Position numbers and translations under genes: made by a program
In this document: positions 9,038-17,757 of the stretch, in pieces
Numbering within the stretch: position 1 is the first letter of the stretch
How the letters are laid out: the number at the start of each line of letters is the position of its first letter
The notes under the pieces: model-generated
What the model saw: the letters and a program-made list of their open reading frames with translations, nothing else
Database searches by the model: none
Told to the model about the DNA's origin: nothing
Assembly (NCBI GenBank): GCA_037443265.1
Contig: JBBIOR010000017.1
Coordinates: 3,354-38,138, forward strand
Length of the DNA: 34,785 bases
Direction of reading: 5' to 3'
Source: Candidatus Fraserbacteria bacterium
GTDB taxonomy: Bacteria > Bipolaricaulota > Bipolaricaulia > RBG-16-55-9

Positions 9038-9109
9038 AGGCGGCGCCCGGAATCGAACCGGGGTATAAGGGTTTTGCAGACCCTTGCCTTACCACTTGGC
9101 GACGCCGCC
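9038..9109 (-). tRNA. tRNA-Cys(GCA)
   Basis: GGCGGCG/CGCCGCC acceptor stem, U discriminator, AGGGT-CTGCAAA-ACCCT anticodon arm, GGTTCGATTCC T arm. Confidence 0.96.
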
Positions 9110-9116
9110 ATCCAAA

Positions 9117-9146
9117 ATTATAGACTCACCCCTTCGCCCTTGTCAA
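9117..9146 (-). promoter_or_regulatory. Consensus sigma70 promoter of the tRNA-Cys/tRNA-Val pair
   Basis: TTGACA-18 nt-TATAAT on the minus strand, 7 nt before tRNA-Cys G1. Confidence 0.85.
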
Positions 9147-9212
9147 ACATTGCCAAAGCTTGAATCGCCATCACAACTTAAGCTAAGCTTAGCCGAAGGG
9201 GGAATCACTGCC

Positions 9213-10601
9213 ATGAAACGAACAGTGTCTCTGGCTGGCATTAGTTTGGCCTTGTTGTTCCTGCTGCTTCTTCCATCGATCAGTGGCGCCTTGCAAGATC
9301 AGCCGTCCACGGCTCCATCGGTGAGCACTCGTCCTGAATCCATCCGCTTGACCATATATCAGGATCAGGATCTCGCCCTCATCGAGGATCAGCGGGTGCT
9401 CGAACTCTCTGCCGGCTTAGCAAACTATCGCCTGGAAGGCGTGAGCCCACGCCTCCTGCCGGACTCCGTACAGCTGGAAGCCCTCGAAGCCAAAGACGCC
9501 GTCCAGCTGGTCGAGCAGCGCTTTGAGAATAAACCCGTCTCGCTTGCACAGCTTCTGGACAGCCATCAGGGCCAGAAGATCGACGTCTTCGCCTCAGGAG
9601 GGAATGGTGCAAGCTATCAGGGTAAACTCCTCAACACAGAAGGGAGCATCATCCTCCAAGATGAGGACGGTCGGATCTTGGCCATCAACGATGCCACCCG
9701 CTTTGCTTTCCCAGCGCAGACTCTGAGTCAGCCCGCTCTCTTATGGACGCTCCAAAGCGAAGCGGAGGGGCCTCAAGCGGTCCGTCTCAGCTATCTAAGC
9801 GAAGGGCTGAACTGGCAAGCCCATTACACGGCCGTGCTCAGCTCCGACAGAAAGCAGCTGGAGCTCGAAAGCTGGGTCTCCATTACGAATCAGACGGGCT
9901 TGACGTTTGAGCAGGCGAAGCTCTCTCTGGTGGCCGGCCGGATCCATCGGGCTGCGCGCGCCGAACGCAAGGATCTGGCCACTGCCGCAGCCGCTCAAAT
10001 GGCCCCTCCGGCTCCAGGTTTCGAGCAGCAGCCCTCGTTCGAATACCATCTTTACACGCTGGGGCGCCCGGCTACACTGCGCGATGGGGAGACCGTCCGT
10101 CAAGCGTTCCTCCCACCCCTGACGCTGCCAACGGAAGTGAAATACATCTATGAAGCCTACGCCTGGGACGGCGTCCAGGTCTGGGTGGAGTTTGACAACG
10201 GCGAGAAACCTCTGCCGGCGGGCCTCGTCAACCTCTACCAGCGAGGCCCCCAGGGGCTTCAGCTGATGGGCGAGGATCGCCTGCCGCACACCCCGATGGG
10301 CGAGCGCGTGCGACTCTTCTCCGGCTTGGCCTTTGATATCTTGGCCAAGAGGGTCCAGACGAGCCGCGAGCGGTTAGGAGAGCGCGCCTGGCGCGACTCC
10401 TTTCAAATTACGCTCACGAACCGCAAATCAGAAGACGTGGTCATCCAAGTCCGAGAGCGCCTGCGCGGCGATTGGAAGATCACCTCCTCCAGGCCGCAGT
10501 TCAGCAGACTCGATGCCCAAACGGTCGAGTTTCGCGTGCCCGTGGCCGCGGGAGGCACAGCCACAGTAGAATACACGGTGGAGTATACAACAGAGTATTA
10601 G
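9213..10601 (+). CDS. DUF4139/DUF4140-type exported protein
   Basis: Signal peptide; LTIY...ALIEDQR, LSYLSEGLNW.A.Y, FEYHLYTL, PLPAG.V.LY, GEDRL.HTP.GE patterns of the family. Confidence 0.85.
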   Translation: MKRTVSLAGISLALLFLLLLPSISGALQDQPSTAPSVSTRPESIRLTIYQDQDLALIEDQRVLELSAGLANYRLEGVSPRLLPDSVQLEALEAKDAVQLVEQRFENKPVSLAQLLDSHQGQKIDVFASGGNGASYQGKLLNTEGSIILQDEDGRILAINDATRFAFPAQTLSQPALLWTLQSEAEGPQAVRLSYLSEGLNWQAHYTAVLSSDRKQLELESWVSITNQTGLTFEQAKLSLVAGRIHRAARAERKDLATAAAAQMAPPAPGFEQQPSFEYHLYTLGRPATLRDGETVRQAFLPPLTLPTEVKYIYEAYAWDGVQVWVEFDNGEKPLPAGLVNLYQRGPQGLQLMGEDRLPHTPMGERVRLFSGLAFDILAKRVQTSRERLGERAWRDSFQITLTNRKSEDVVIQVRERLRGDWKITSSRPQFSRLDAQTVEFRVPVAAGGTATVEYTVEYTTEY

Positions 10602-10642
10602 CGTCCTGTTGGCTGAGAAGAACTGGGGTAGGTGGTCGTGGT

Positions 10643-10897
10643 ATGATGGAAGCACTCGATCTGAGCAAGTACAAGAAGGCCATCGAGAAGGCGTTGCCCG
10701 AAATCCCTGTAGAGAACGGGGCGATCACCCTGGAGGCCATCTGGCTGGAGACGGCGCTCCCAGAGGACCTCATCCTTGAAGTGCTTTTGAGCAACGAGCT
10801 TACGCTTCCGCCGAACGTGGAGCGCATCATCACCCGAGGCGGTCAAGTGCTGCTCGAGCGGAAATTGAATGCAAGCGATGGCTCTCCAACGCCCTAG
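10643..10897 (+). CDS. Small acidic hypothetical protein
   Basis: 84-aa ORF filling the gap between two genes, host-like codon use, AGGTGG RBS. Confidence 0.7.
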   Translation: MMEALDLSKYKKAIEKALPEIPVENGAITLEAIWLETALPEDLILEVLLSNELTLPPNVERIITRGGQVLLERKLNASDGSPTP

Positions 10898-10901
10898 CGC
10901 T

Positions 10902-12377
10902 ATGCCTTCAGAGACAATCCGCTTCGGGACTGATGGGTGGCGGGGCGTGATTGCCCGAGATTTCACATTCGGGAACGTCGCACGCGTGGCCCAAGCGGTC
11001 GCATACTATCTAAAAGGCCCGGAGAGGCTGGAGCTGGAAGCCTACAGACGATGGCACGTCCAGCCAGCCTCCGCGGACCAAGGCGTCATCGTCGGCTACG
11101 ATATGCGCTTCATGGCCCGAGAGTTCGCCGAGCAGCTCGCGCGGACTCTGGCGCATCATAAGATCCCCGTCTGGCTCTCCAGCGAACCGGTGCCCACCCC
11201 GGCACTCTCCTATGCCGTCGTCCATCAGAAGGCGGCGCTGGGACTGATGATCACAGCCAGCCACAACCCGCCTCAGTACTCGGGCGTCAAGATCAAGACG
11301 GAGCTGGGAAGCGCCGCACCTCCAGAGATCACCCAGGTCGTCGAGCGGCTCATCCCCGACAAGACCCCTAAGCTGAATTCTTCCGCGCGCAAGAGAGAAC
11401 TCCACACCCTGGACATGAAACCGCTCTTCCTCAAGCGATTGCGAGAGCTCACGGATGAAAGACTGCTGAGGGAAGCACCCATACGAGTGATCATCGATGC
11501 GATGTACGGCTCGGCTCGAGGCTATATCACTGCCATTCTCGATGAGTTGAAGATCCCGTACGTGACCGTCCGGCATGGCCTTGATCCCTATTTTGGAGGC
11601 CGCTCACCGGAGCCGGTGCCGGCGAATCTTACGCCGCTTAAGGCCGTCATCCGGGCTGAGCGAGCGCGTCGCCGTAACGGTCGATGGCTGGTGGGCGTCG
11701 TGACCGACGGCGACGGCGACCGCGTGGCCGCCATGGATGAAGAGGGCAACTACGTCGATCCCCATCGCTGCTATGCGTTGATCTTGCAGCATCTATGGGC
11801 ACAGGGCTGGCGCGGCAAGATCGTAAAATCCTTCACGCTCTCGGACATGGCCTTCCGCCTGGCCGAAAGATATGGCGCCCCCTGCGACGAAGTGCCCGTG
11901 GGCTTCAAGTTCATCTGCGAGAAGCTCATCACAGACGATGTCCTCATCGGAGGCGAAGAGAGCGGAGGGATTGCCATCAAGCAACACATTCCCGAGCGTG
12001 ACGGGGTGCTTATGGCCATCAAGCTCCTCGAAGTCGTAGCCCGCCACCGCAAGCCTCTGAGCCAGATCATTGAGGACTTAATGGGCGAGATCGGGCCACA
12101 CTACTACGAGCGGCGGGACCTCCATCTTAAGGAGCGCCTTGAGATCGTGGAACGGCTCAAAGCTGCGCAGCCGAAGGCCTTCGCCGGTCACCCCGTGCAC
12201 AAGATCGAGATGCTAGACGGGATCAAACTCAGATTCGAAGACGGGTGGCTGCTCTTGCGCGCCTCGGGTACGGAGCCTCTCTTGCGCATCTACTGCGAGA
12301 TGGATGAGGCAGCGAAAGTGCAGCACGCGCTCGATTACGCTGAGAGATTCGCCCGAGGAGAGCTGCCGTTGTTGTAA
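10902..12377 (+). CDS. Phosphoglucomutase/phosphomannomutase family protein
   Basis: FGTDGWRG, TASHNP phosphoserine loop, DGDGDR metal loop, GEESGG, RASGTEP; start may be 10869, 10878 or 10902. Confidence 0.93.
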   Translation: MPSETIRFGTDGWRGVIARDFTFGNVARVAQAVAYYLKGPERLELEAYRRWHVQPASADQGVIVGYDMRFMAREFAEQLARTLAHHKIPVWLSSEPVPTPALSYAVVHQKAALGLMITASHNPPQYSGVKIKTELGSAAPPEITQVVERLIPDKTPKLNSSARKRELHTLDMKPLFLKRLRELTDERLLREAPIRVIIDAMYGSARGYITAILDELKIPYVTVRHGLDPYFGGRSPEPVPANLTPLKAVIRAERARRRNGRWLVGVVTDGDGDRVAAMDEEGNYVDPHRCYALILQHLWAQGWRGKIVKSFTLSDMAFRLAERYGAPCDEVPVGFKFICEKLITDDVLIGGEESGGIAIKQHIPERDGVLMAIKLLEVVARHRKPLSQIIEDLMGEIGPHYYERRDLHLKERLEIVERLKAAQPKAFAGHPVHKIEMLDGIKLRFEDGWLLLRASGTEPLLRIYCEMDEAAKVQHALDYAERFARGELPLL

Positions 12378-12390
12378 GTTCACGGGGGTA

Positions 12391-12420
12391 TTGACGGCTC
12401 TGCACCATGTGTGCTATAAT
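12391..12420 (+). promoter_or_regulatory. Sigma70-type promoter of the leuS leader
   Basis: TTGACG-18 nt-TATAAT with TG-n extended -10. Confidence 0.85.
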
Positions 12421-12428
12421 TTTTGACT

Positions 12429-12488
12429 GTGAAGTGCCCTGTAGCCTTCCAGAGGTGGCTAGTGCTGACCCTGCTGCTCCGTGCCTAG
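12429..12488 (+). CDS. Putative Leu-rich leader peptide (MKCPVAFQRWLVLTLLLRA) of leuS
   Basis: GTG 8 nt after the -10; 5 Leu in 7 consecutive codons (CTA GTG CTG ACC CTG CTG CTC); stop codon lies in a hairpin loop; directly upstream of leuS. Confidence 0.6.
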   Translation: MKCPVAFQRWLVLTLLLRA

Positions 12489-12507
12489 CGCACGGAGACC
12501 ACCTTTT
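12451..12507 (+). terminator. Putative attenuator structure in the leuS leader
   Basis: CTCCGTGC(12477-84)/GCACGGAG(12490-97) 8-bp stem; outer AGAGGTGG(12451-58)/CCACCTTT(12499-506) pairing running into T4. Confidence 0.5.
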
Positions 12508-12581
12508 ACTTACAATCAATGTATCGGGTGCTATCCAAAATCCCTGACGATTTAGACAGCTGGGCTTGAGGTGATCACACA

Positions 12582-15164
12582 ATGGGCAACATACCCAAGT
12601 ACGACTTCAAGAGGATCGAATCCCGATGGCGGGACTTCTGGCGCCAGCGCGGCTTCTTCAAGGCCGACATCCGCGACACGTCACGCAAGTTTTATTATTT
12701 GAACATGTTCCCATATCCATCGGGCGAGATGCACGTGGGCCACGGCAGAAACTGGCTCATCGGCGATGCTTACTGTCGATATTTGATCATGCGCGGCTAC
12801 AACGTGCTCAACCCCATGGGCTACGACGCCTTTGGCCTTCCAGCAGAAAACGCAGCGATCGATCGTGGCATTCACCCAAAGACCTGGACCTACAACAACA
12901 TCGAGACCTTCCGTAAACAATTTAGACAATGGGGCGTGGAGTTTGACTGGGACCGCGAGTTTGCCACGTGTGATCCCGGGTATTACCAATGGAACCAGTG
13001 GCTCTTCCTCCAGTTTTACAAGCGCGGCTTGGCGTATAGAAAGGCTGCCCTGGTCAACTGGTGTCCCGGCTGTGAGACGGTGCTGGCCAACGAGCAAGTC
13101 GTCGATGGGGAATGTGAGCGCTGCAAGTCAGCCGTCGAGAAGCGCTTCTTGACTCAATGGTTCTTCAAGATCACCCAGTACGCGGAAGAATTGCTCAACG
13201 ATCTGGAGAGATTGGAACACTGGCCTGAGCGCGTCAAGACGATGCAGCGCAACTGGATCGGGCGCAGTGAAGGAGCCCTCGTTCGATTCCCCGTGGACAG
13301 ACGTGCTGAATTGATCGAAGTCTTCACCACGCGCCCGGACACGATCTTTGGCGCCACATTCATGGTGCTCGCCCCCGAGCACCCGCTCGTGGAAAAACTT
13401 ACGGCTCCCAAGCAGCGCAAAGCGGTCCAGGCGTACGTGGCGAAGGCCATTGCGCAGAGCGAGAGGGCGCGGGCGCGCGTCGATCGCAAGAAGACCGGGG
13501 AATTTATCGGCGCTTACGCGATCAATCCGGCCACAAGCGAAAAGATCCCCATCTGGGTGGCAGATTACGTGCTCATGAGCTATGGGACAGGCGCGATCAT
13601 GGGCGTGCCGGCACACGATCAGCGCGACTTTGAATTTGCAAAAGAGTTTGACCTGCCCATCAGGCCCGTGATCCAGCCTCGAGGCAAAAGACTCGAGGGC
13701 CAGAAGATGCAAGAGGCCTTTTTAGATGAGGGCGTGATGGTCAACTCCGGCCCCTTCGACGGCCTGCCCTCCGGCCCGGAGACGATCCAGAAATTTATAG
13801 AATATTTCGAGCAAAAACGCTTTGGGCAGCGGCAGGTGAGCTATCGCCTGCGCGATTGGCTCATCTCCAGACAGCGCTACTGGGGCACGCCAATTCCCAT
13901 GATCCATTGCACAAGATGCGGGATTGTGCCCGTGCCGGAAGAAGATTTGCCCGTGCTCTTGCCCGAGGTGGAGTTTTTGGGCAAGAAGGGCCTGGCTGAG
14001 ATTCCGAGCTTCTACGAGACGACATGTCCAAAGTGCCACGGCCCGGCAGAGCGCGATACAGACACTATGGACACCTTCGTGGATTCGTCATGGTACTACT
14101 TGCGCTACCTCTCGCCTCGTGACAGTGAAAAGATCTTCGACTCGGAGCTCGTGAACCAATGGCTCCCTGTAGATCAGTACGTGGGCGGCATCGAGCACGC
14201 CATATTGCATCTGCTCTACTCACGCTTCGTCACCAAGGCCCTGCGCGATATGGGTCTATTGACATTCGACGAGCCGTTTAAGAGACTCTTCACGCAGGGG
14301 ATGATCACGCACAAGGCGTATCGCTGCAAGGAGCACGGTTGGATCGCCCCGCACGTTGTGAAAGAGGGTGATCGCTGTCCCCATTGTGAGGGGCCCGTGC
14401 GAGTGGAGCTCACAGCCATGAGCAAATCGAAGAAGAACGGCATCTCGCCCTCACAGATCATCGAAGAGTACGGGGCTGACACCGAGAGGCTGTACACGCT
14501 CTTTATGGGGCCTCCGGAGCGGGACATCGAGTGGAGTGCCGAGGGCGTCCAAGGCGCTTTCAGATATTTGAATCGCCTCTGGACGCTCGTCATGAGCCAT
14601 TGTGAGGCATTAAAGAGCGCGCCCGCGGCCCACATTGATGGAACTGCACTGGGCGCGCGTGACCGGCAGCTCTGGCACGTGCTGCACGAGAAGATCAAGT
14701 CTGTGACGGAAGATATTGAAGGATTCCACTTCAACACCGCCGTAAGCGCCATCATGGAGCTGACGAACGAGCTTTATGATTATACGGCCTTCTGCGAGCA
14801 GAGTCATCAATCTATCAATGGCTCACTCTTCAAGCAGGCCATTGAAAATTTGATCCTGCTCGTCTCGCCGATGACGCCGTTCATCGCCGAAGAGCTCTGG
14901 CGGGTGATCGGACACGAAGATGCCGTGCTCGAGCAGCCTTGGCCTGCGTATGATCCCCATGCGCTTGAGCGTGCCGAGCGGGAGATCATCATCCAGATCA
15001 ACGGCAAGGTGCGGGATCGCATGGTCGTCCCGTCCGCCGTCAGTGAGGATCAGGCCGAGCTTAAGAAGCGGGCACTGAAACAAATCGAAAGCCGCCTCGA
15101 TGGCAAGCAAGTCCAGAAGGTGATCGTGGTGCCCGGCAAGCTGGTGAACGTGGTCGTCAAGTAA
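12582..15164 (+). CDS. leuS: Leucine--tRNA ligase
   Basis: MFPYPSG.MHVGH (HIGH), [22 protein letters not shown] editing domain, [19 protein letters not shown]. Confidence 0.98.
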   Translation: MGNIPKYDFKRIESRWRDFWRQRGFFKADIRDTSRKFYYLNMFPYPSGEMHVGHGRNWLIGDAYCRYLIMRGYNVLNPMGYDAFGLPAENAAIDRGIHPKTWTYNNIETFRKQFRQWGVEFDWDREFATCDPGYYQWNQWLFLQFYKRGLAYRKAALVNWCPGCETVLANEQVVDGECERCKSAVEKRFLTQWFFKITQYAEELLNDLERLEHWPERVKTMQRNWIGRSEGALVRFPVDRRAELIEVFTTRPDTIFGATFMVLAPEHPLVEKLTAPKQRKAVQAYVAKAIAQSERARARVDRKKTGEFIGAYAINPATSEKIPIWVADYVLMSYGTGAIMGVPAHDQRDFEFAKEFDLPIRPVIQPRGKRLEGQKMQEAFLDEGVMVNSGPFDGLPSGPETIQKFIEYFEQKRFGQRQVSYRLRDWLISRQRYWGTPIPMIHCTRCGIVPVPEEDLPVLLPEVEFLGKKGLAEIPSFYETTCPKCHGPAERDTDTMDTFVDSSWYYLRYLSPRDSEKIFDSELVNQWLPVDQYVGGIEHAILHLLYSRFVTKALRDMGLLTFDEPFKRLFTQGMITHKAYRCKEHGWIAPHVVKEGDRCPHCEGPVRVELTAMSKSKKNGISPSQIIEEYGADTERLYTLFMGPPERDIEWSAEGVQGAFRYLNRLWTLVMSHCEALKSAPAAHIDGTALGARDRQLWHVLHEKIKSVTEDIEGFHFNTAVSAIMELTNELYDYTAFCEQSHQSINGSLFKQAIENLILLVSPMTPFIAEELWRVIGHEDAVLEQPWPAYDPHALERAEREIIIQINGKVRDRMVVPSAVSEDQAELKKRALKQIESRLDGKQVQKVIVVPGKLVNVVVK

Positions 15165-15219
15165 AATATTCGCTCAGCATTCCATTATATTGTAAAATAT
15201 AGGCTTGTGAGTGTATTCT

Positions 15220-16839
15220 ATGGCGCGCCGACGACCCTTGATGTTTTTGGCGCTCTCCTGGATGCTGGGCATCTTGGTGGGCCGCGAATTGACTCCCCAC
15301 GTCCCTGCCTTCTATCTCTGGCTGATGGCTGTAGCCCTGCTCAGTGCCACAGGCGCTCTCTATAGTCTCCGGCACCCCCAATGGCCACTGGGGCTCCTCT
15401 TGGCAACGGTCGCACTGGGAGCACTCTTCTATGCTCAAGCCCGGCTTCCCATAGAACAACTCTATCCCTTGCTAGACCGCCTCAAGACGGTGCGTGGAGT
15501 TGTGGTCAATTACCCGGTCCATCAGGATGAACGCAGCAGCTTTGTGTTCCGACCTGGGGGATTGCCCGGCGCTCTTCAGATCTTCTACTACCATCGGCAG
15601 GGGCCATACAAGCCCATCCATTATGGCGACGAATTAGAGCTCGAGGCCCGCTTCGAAGTACCCTGGCCCTTTGAAGATTTCAACTATCGGGAGCACTGGC
15701 TGACCCGCAATATCTGGGCGGTGGGCTCCCTCTGGAGTGCTCGGCAGATCAAGCATGAGGGCGCTCACCGAGGCCAGCGTCTGCTGGAATGGGGCTACCA
15801 GGCGCGGCTCTATTTATTTGACCTCATCGATCGCTATATTCCTCCTGAGGGGAGCGCGCTGCTTAAAGGACTCCTGTTCGGCGAGCGCGCCTATTTAAGC
15901 AAAGAAATCGAGACGGGCTTTCGAGATGCGGGCGTGATGCACGTGTTGGCCGTCTCCGGCATGAATCTGGGGATCTTAGTTGCGCTCTTCTGGGGAGCTT
16001 TGCGGCTCTTTGGGCTCTCCACCACCCAGATCTACGTAGCGATCCTCCTGTTGATATTTGTGTATCTGCTCGTCGTCGGCTTTGAAGTGAGTCTCGTGCG
16101 CGCCTCGCTCATGTTTGGCTTCGTCATGCTGGGCTGGGTGATCGCCGAGCGCGGCTGGATTCTGAGCAGCTGGATCGATCCCCTTCAGAGCCTAAGTGCT
16201 GCCGCTCTCGTCATCTTGATTGCGACGCCTCAGGCACTCTTTGACGTGAGCTTCCAGTTGAGCTTTGCTGCCACGGGGGGCATTCTGATGGCCCTGCAGC
16301 TCGCTCTCCCCCTCTGGCAGGAGCAGAGCGAACGCCTGCGCCTCAAGTGGGGCACAGCTTCATCCTTCCCAAAGAGAGCCTTATTCCGGCTGGGCGAGAT
16401 GACCACGCTCTTCGTGCTCATCTCCACCGCGGCGCAGCTCGCAGTGGCACCCATACTGGCCTATCACTTTCATCGAGTCTATCTGGGAGCCATCGGGGCC
16501 AATCTCGTCGTCGTGCCGCTGGCGACCCTAGCCCTCTGGCTCGGAGTGCTTGTGGTGATGACAGCGCTGCCTGCGCTAAACCCGGTGGCCGCAGGTTTGG
16601 CAGCTCTGGAGGGCTGGCTGTTAAATCTCCTCGTAGAGACCACTCAGTTCTTTGCCCACTTGCCGGCGGCTTATCTGGTCATCGATCGCGGGATGCAGCT
16701 GGTCTTTCTCGTGGCTCTGCCCCCCCTCCTCAGCGCATATGCTCTCGCGGGCCTGAGGCTGGCCTTCCCCAAGCTCTCACTCCAAATCCAAAGAGCAGGG
16801 GAGCTTACTTGGCCTGCGCGATCTGCTGGATCTCCTTGA
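15220..16839 (+). CDS. comEC: ComEC/Rec2 competence channel protein (DUF4131 OB + Competence domain, no C-terminal nuclease)
   Basis: P..FNYREH, GLLFGER, AGVMHVLAVSGMN, RASLM, SFQLSF, AQL..PI...F, ANLVVVP motifs; many TM helices. Confidence 0.9.
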   Translation: MARRRPLMFLALSWMLGILVGRELTPHVPAFYLWLMAVALLSATGALYSLRHPQWPLGLLLATVALGALFYAQARLPIEQLYPLLDRLKTVRGVVVNYPVHQDERSSFVFRPGGLPGALQIFYYHRQGPYKPIHYGDELELEARFEVPWPFEDFNYREHWLTRNIWAVGSLWSARQIKHEGAHRGQRLLEWGYQARLYLFDLIDRYIPPEGSALLKGLLFGERAYLSKEIETGFRDAGVMHVLAVSGMNLGILVALFWGALRLFGLSTTQIYVAILLLIFVYLLVVGFEVSLVRASLMFGFVMLGWVIAERGWILSSWIDPLQSLSAAALVILIATPQALFDVSFQLSFAATGGILMALQLALPLWQEQSERLRLKWGTASSFPKRALFRLGEMTTLFVLISTAAQLAVAPILAYHFHRVYLGAIGANLVVVPLATLALWLGVLVVMTALPALNPVAAGLAALEGWLLNLLVETTQFFAHLPAAYLVIDRGMQLVFLVALPPLLSAYALAGLRLAFPKLSLQIQRAGELTWPARSAGSP

Positions 16840-17548
16840 CGAAGCTGCTGTCGCCTTCGAAGCGCTCGATGGCCCGGCTGGCCACTTTCAAGGGCAGATC
16901 TTCAAGGCGCTTGAATTCGCTCCCCATCTTGGCGTTGATGTATTCGAGCAGCGACTCCTCCGCAAGACCCTGAGCGCGCAGGGTCTTGCGCAGGCGGGCC
17001 AGCTGGGCTTCCGTGGCCGTCCGCGGAAGAGGGACCGGCATCTCTTCCAATTCGTGCTTCTTGTAGAGGCTGAGCCCGAATTGATCTCCAAACGCGCGGA
17101 AGCAGCGCTTCAAAGCGTCCGAGACCGCCGCTTTTACGGCCATCTCGTGGGCAGAAGCGGGATCCGGCTGATTCGATGAGGACCCAAAGCCCACATCCTC
17201 ATGGATGACATCACCCACGCGGATGCGATACTCACATAGATAGCCGACGCTGTAGACGCCATCCGTCTCATCCTCGAAGACTTTCTCGAGGCGGCGGATC
17301 TCCCGATGCCAGCCACCAAATCCGAAGATGCGATTGGCTGTCTCGACGACATCATGGATGGGTAAGTACTCCAGCTGCTGGCCTCGGAAGCCGGTTCTGC
17401 GCAAGACGCGGCTGGGATCGATCGGCTTCTTGAGCGCCTCAATCTGCTCCGGGGTGAAGGGGCTCCGTGCGGGTGTGGGTGTTTGTGGACTCTCTTGCCC
17501 CCGAGGGGAAAACAACTCCGGAGATTTTTTCTCGCCCATCATGATCAC
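16805..17548 (-). CDS. Rad52/Rad22-family single-strand annealing protein
   Basis: R.G..G..LEYL, V...ANRIFGFGGW, HEDVGFG, E.A.KAAVSDALKR..R.FG..FG.SLY match the Rad52 annealing domain; start GTG 17548 or ATG 17542/17539. Confidence 0.9.
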   Translation of the reverse strand: MIMMGEKKSPELFSPRGQESPQTPTPARSPFTPEQIEALKKPIDPSRVLRRTGFRGQQLEYLPIHDVVETANRIFGFGGWHREIRRLEKVFEDETDGVYSVGYLCEYRIRVGDVIHEDVGFGSSSNQPDPASAHEMAVKAAVSDALKRCFRAFGDQFGLSLYKKHELEEMPVPLPRTATEAQLARLRKTLRAQGLAEESLLEYINAKMGSEFKRLEDLPLKVASRAIERFEGDSSFVKEIQQIAQAK

Positions 17549-17742
17549 CCCCTCTGCTCCCCGTCCGGCAAGCGTTCTTCGGCTTGCACCAGAAGATCCA
17601 CAAAGCTCTCAAAATCCTCGCGCGGCAGGCTGAGCAGCACATAGCCGTACTGGATGCCCACTTCGCGCGTCTTGGGATCATAAGAGACAGCGGTGAAGAC
17701 CTCGCTCGGCATGACGCTTTCGACTAATTCTTGCACTTCCAT
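17545..17742 (-). CDS. 65-aa hypothetical protein coupled to the Rad52-family gene
   Basis: Acidic ORF with host-like codon use; its TGA overlaps the next GTG (GTGA). Confidence 0.75.
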   Translation of the reverse strand: MEVQELVESVMPSEVFTAVSYDPKTREVGIQYGYVLLSLPREDFESFVDLLVQAEERLPDGEQRG

Positions 17743-17757
17743 GATCGCTCTACGGCC

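Noticed and set aside
9084..9212. N-terminal extension of the DUF4139 ORF (likewise 23521-23631 for accB, 7429-7515 for pckA, 7583-7705 for the zinc-ribbon gene)
   Set aside because: Overlap a tRNA or promoters; better starts with RBS lie downstream
12421..12581. T-box riboswitch, 6S RNA or SRP RNA upstream of leuS
   Set aside because: No Stem I AG-bulge/GNUG motifs or GGUGGNACCGCG T-box in the right order; no end-to-end rod with central bubble; no SRP domain IV motif. The Leu-rich uORF explains the region better.
16805..17548. Prophage remnant around the Rad52-family gene
   Set aside because: Flanks are comEC and tsaE/panC; no phage genes or compositional shift
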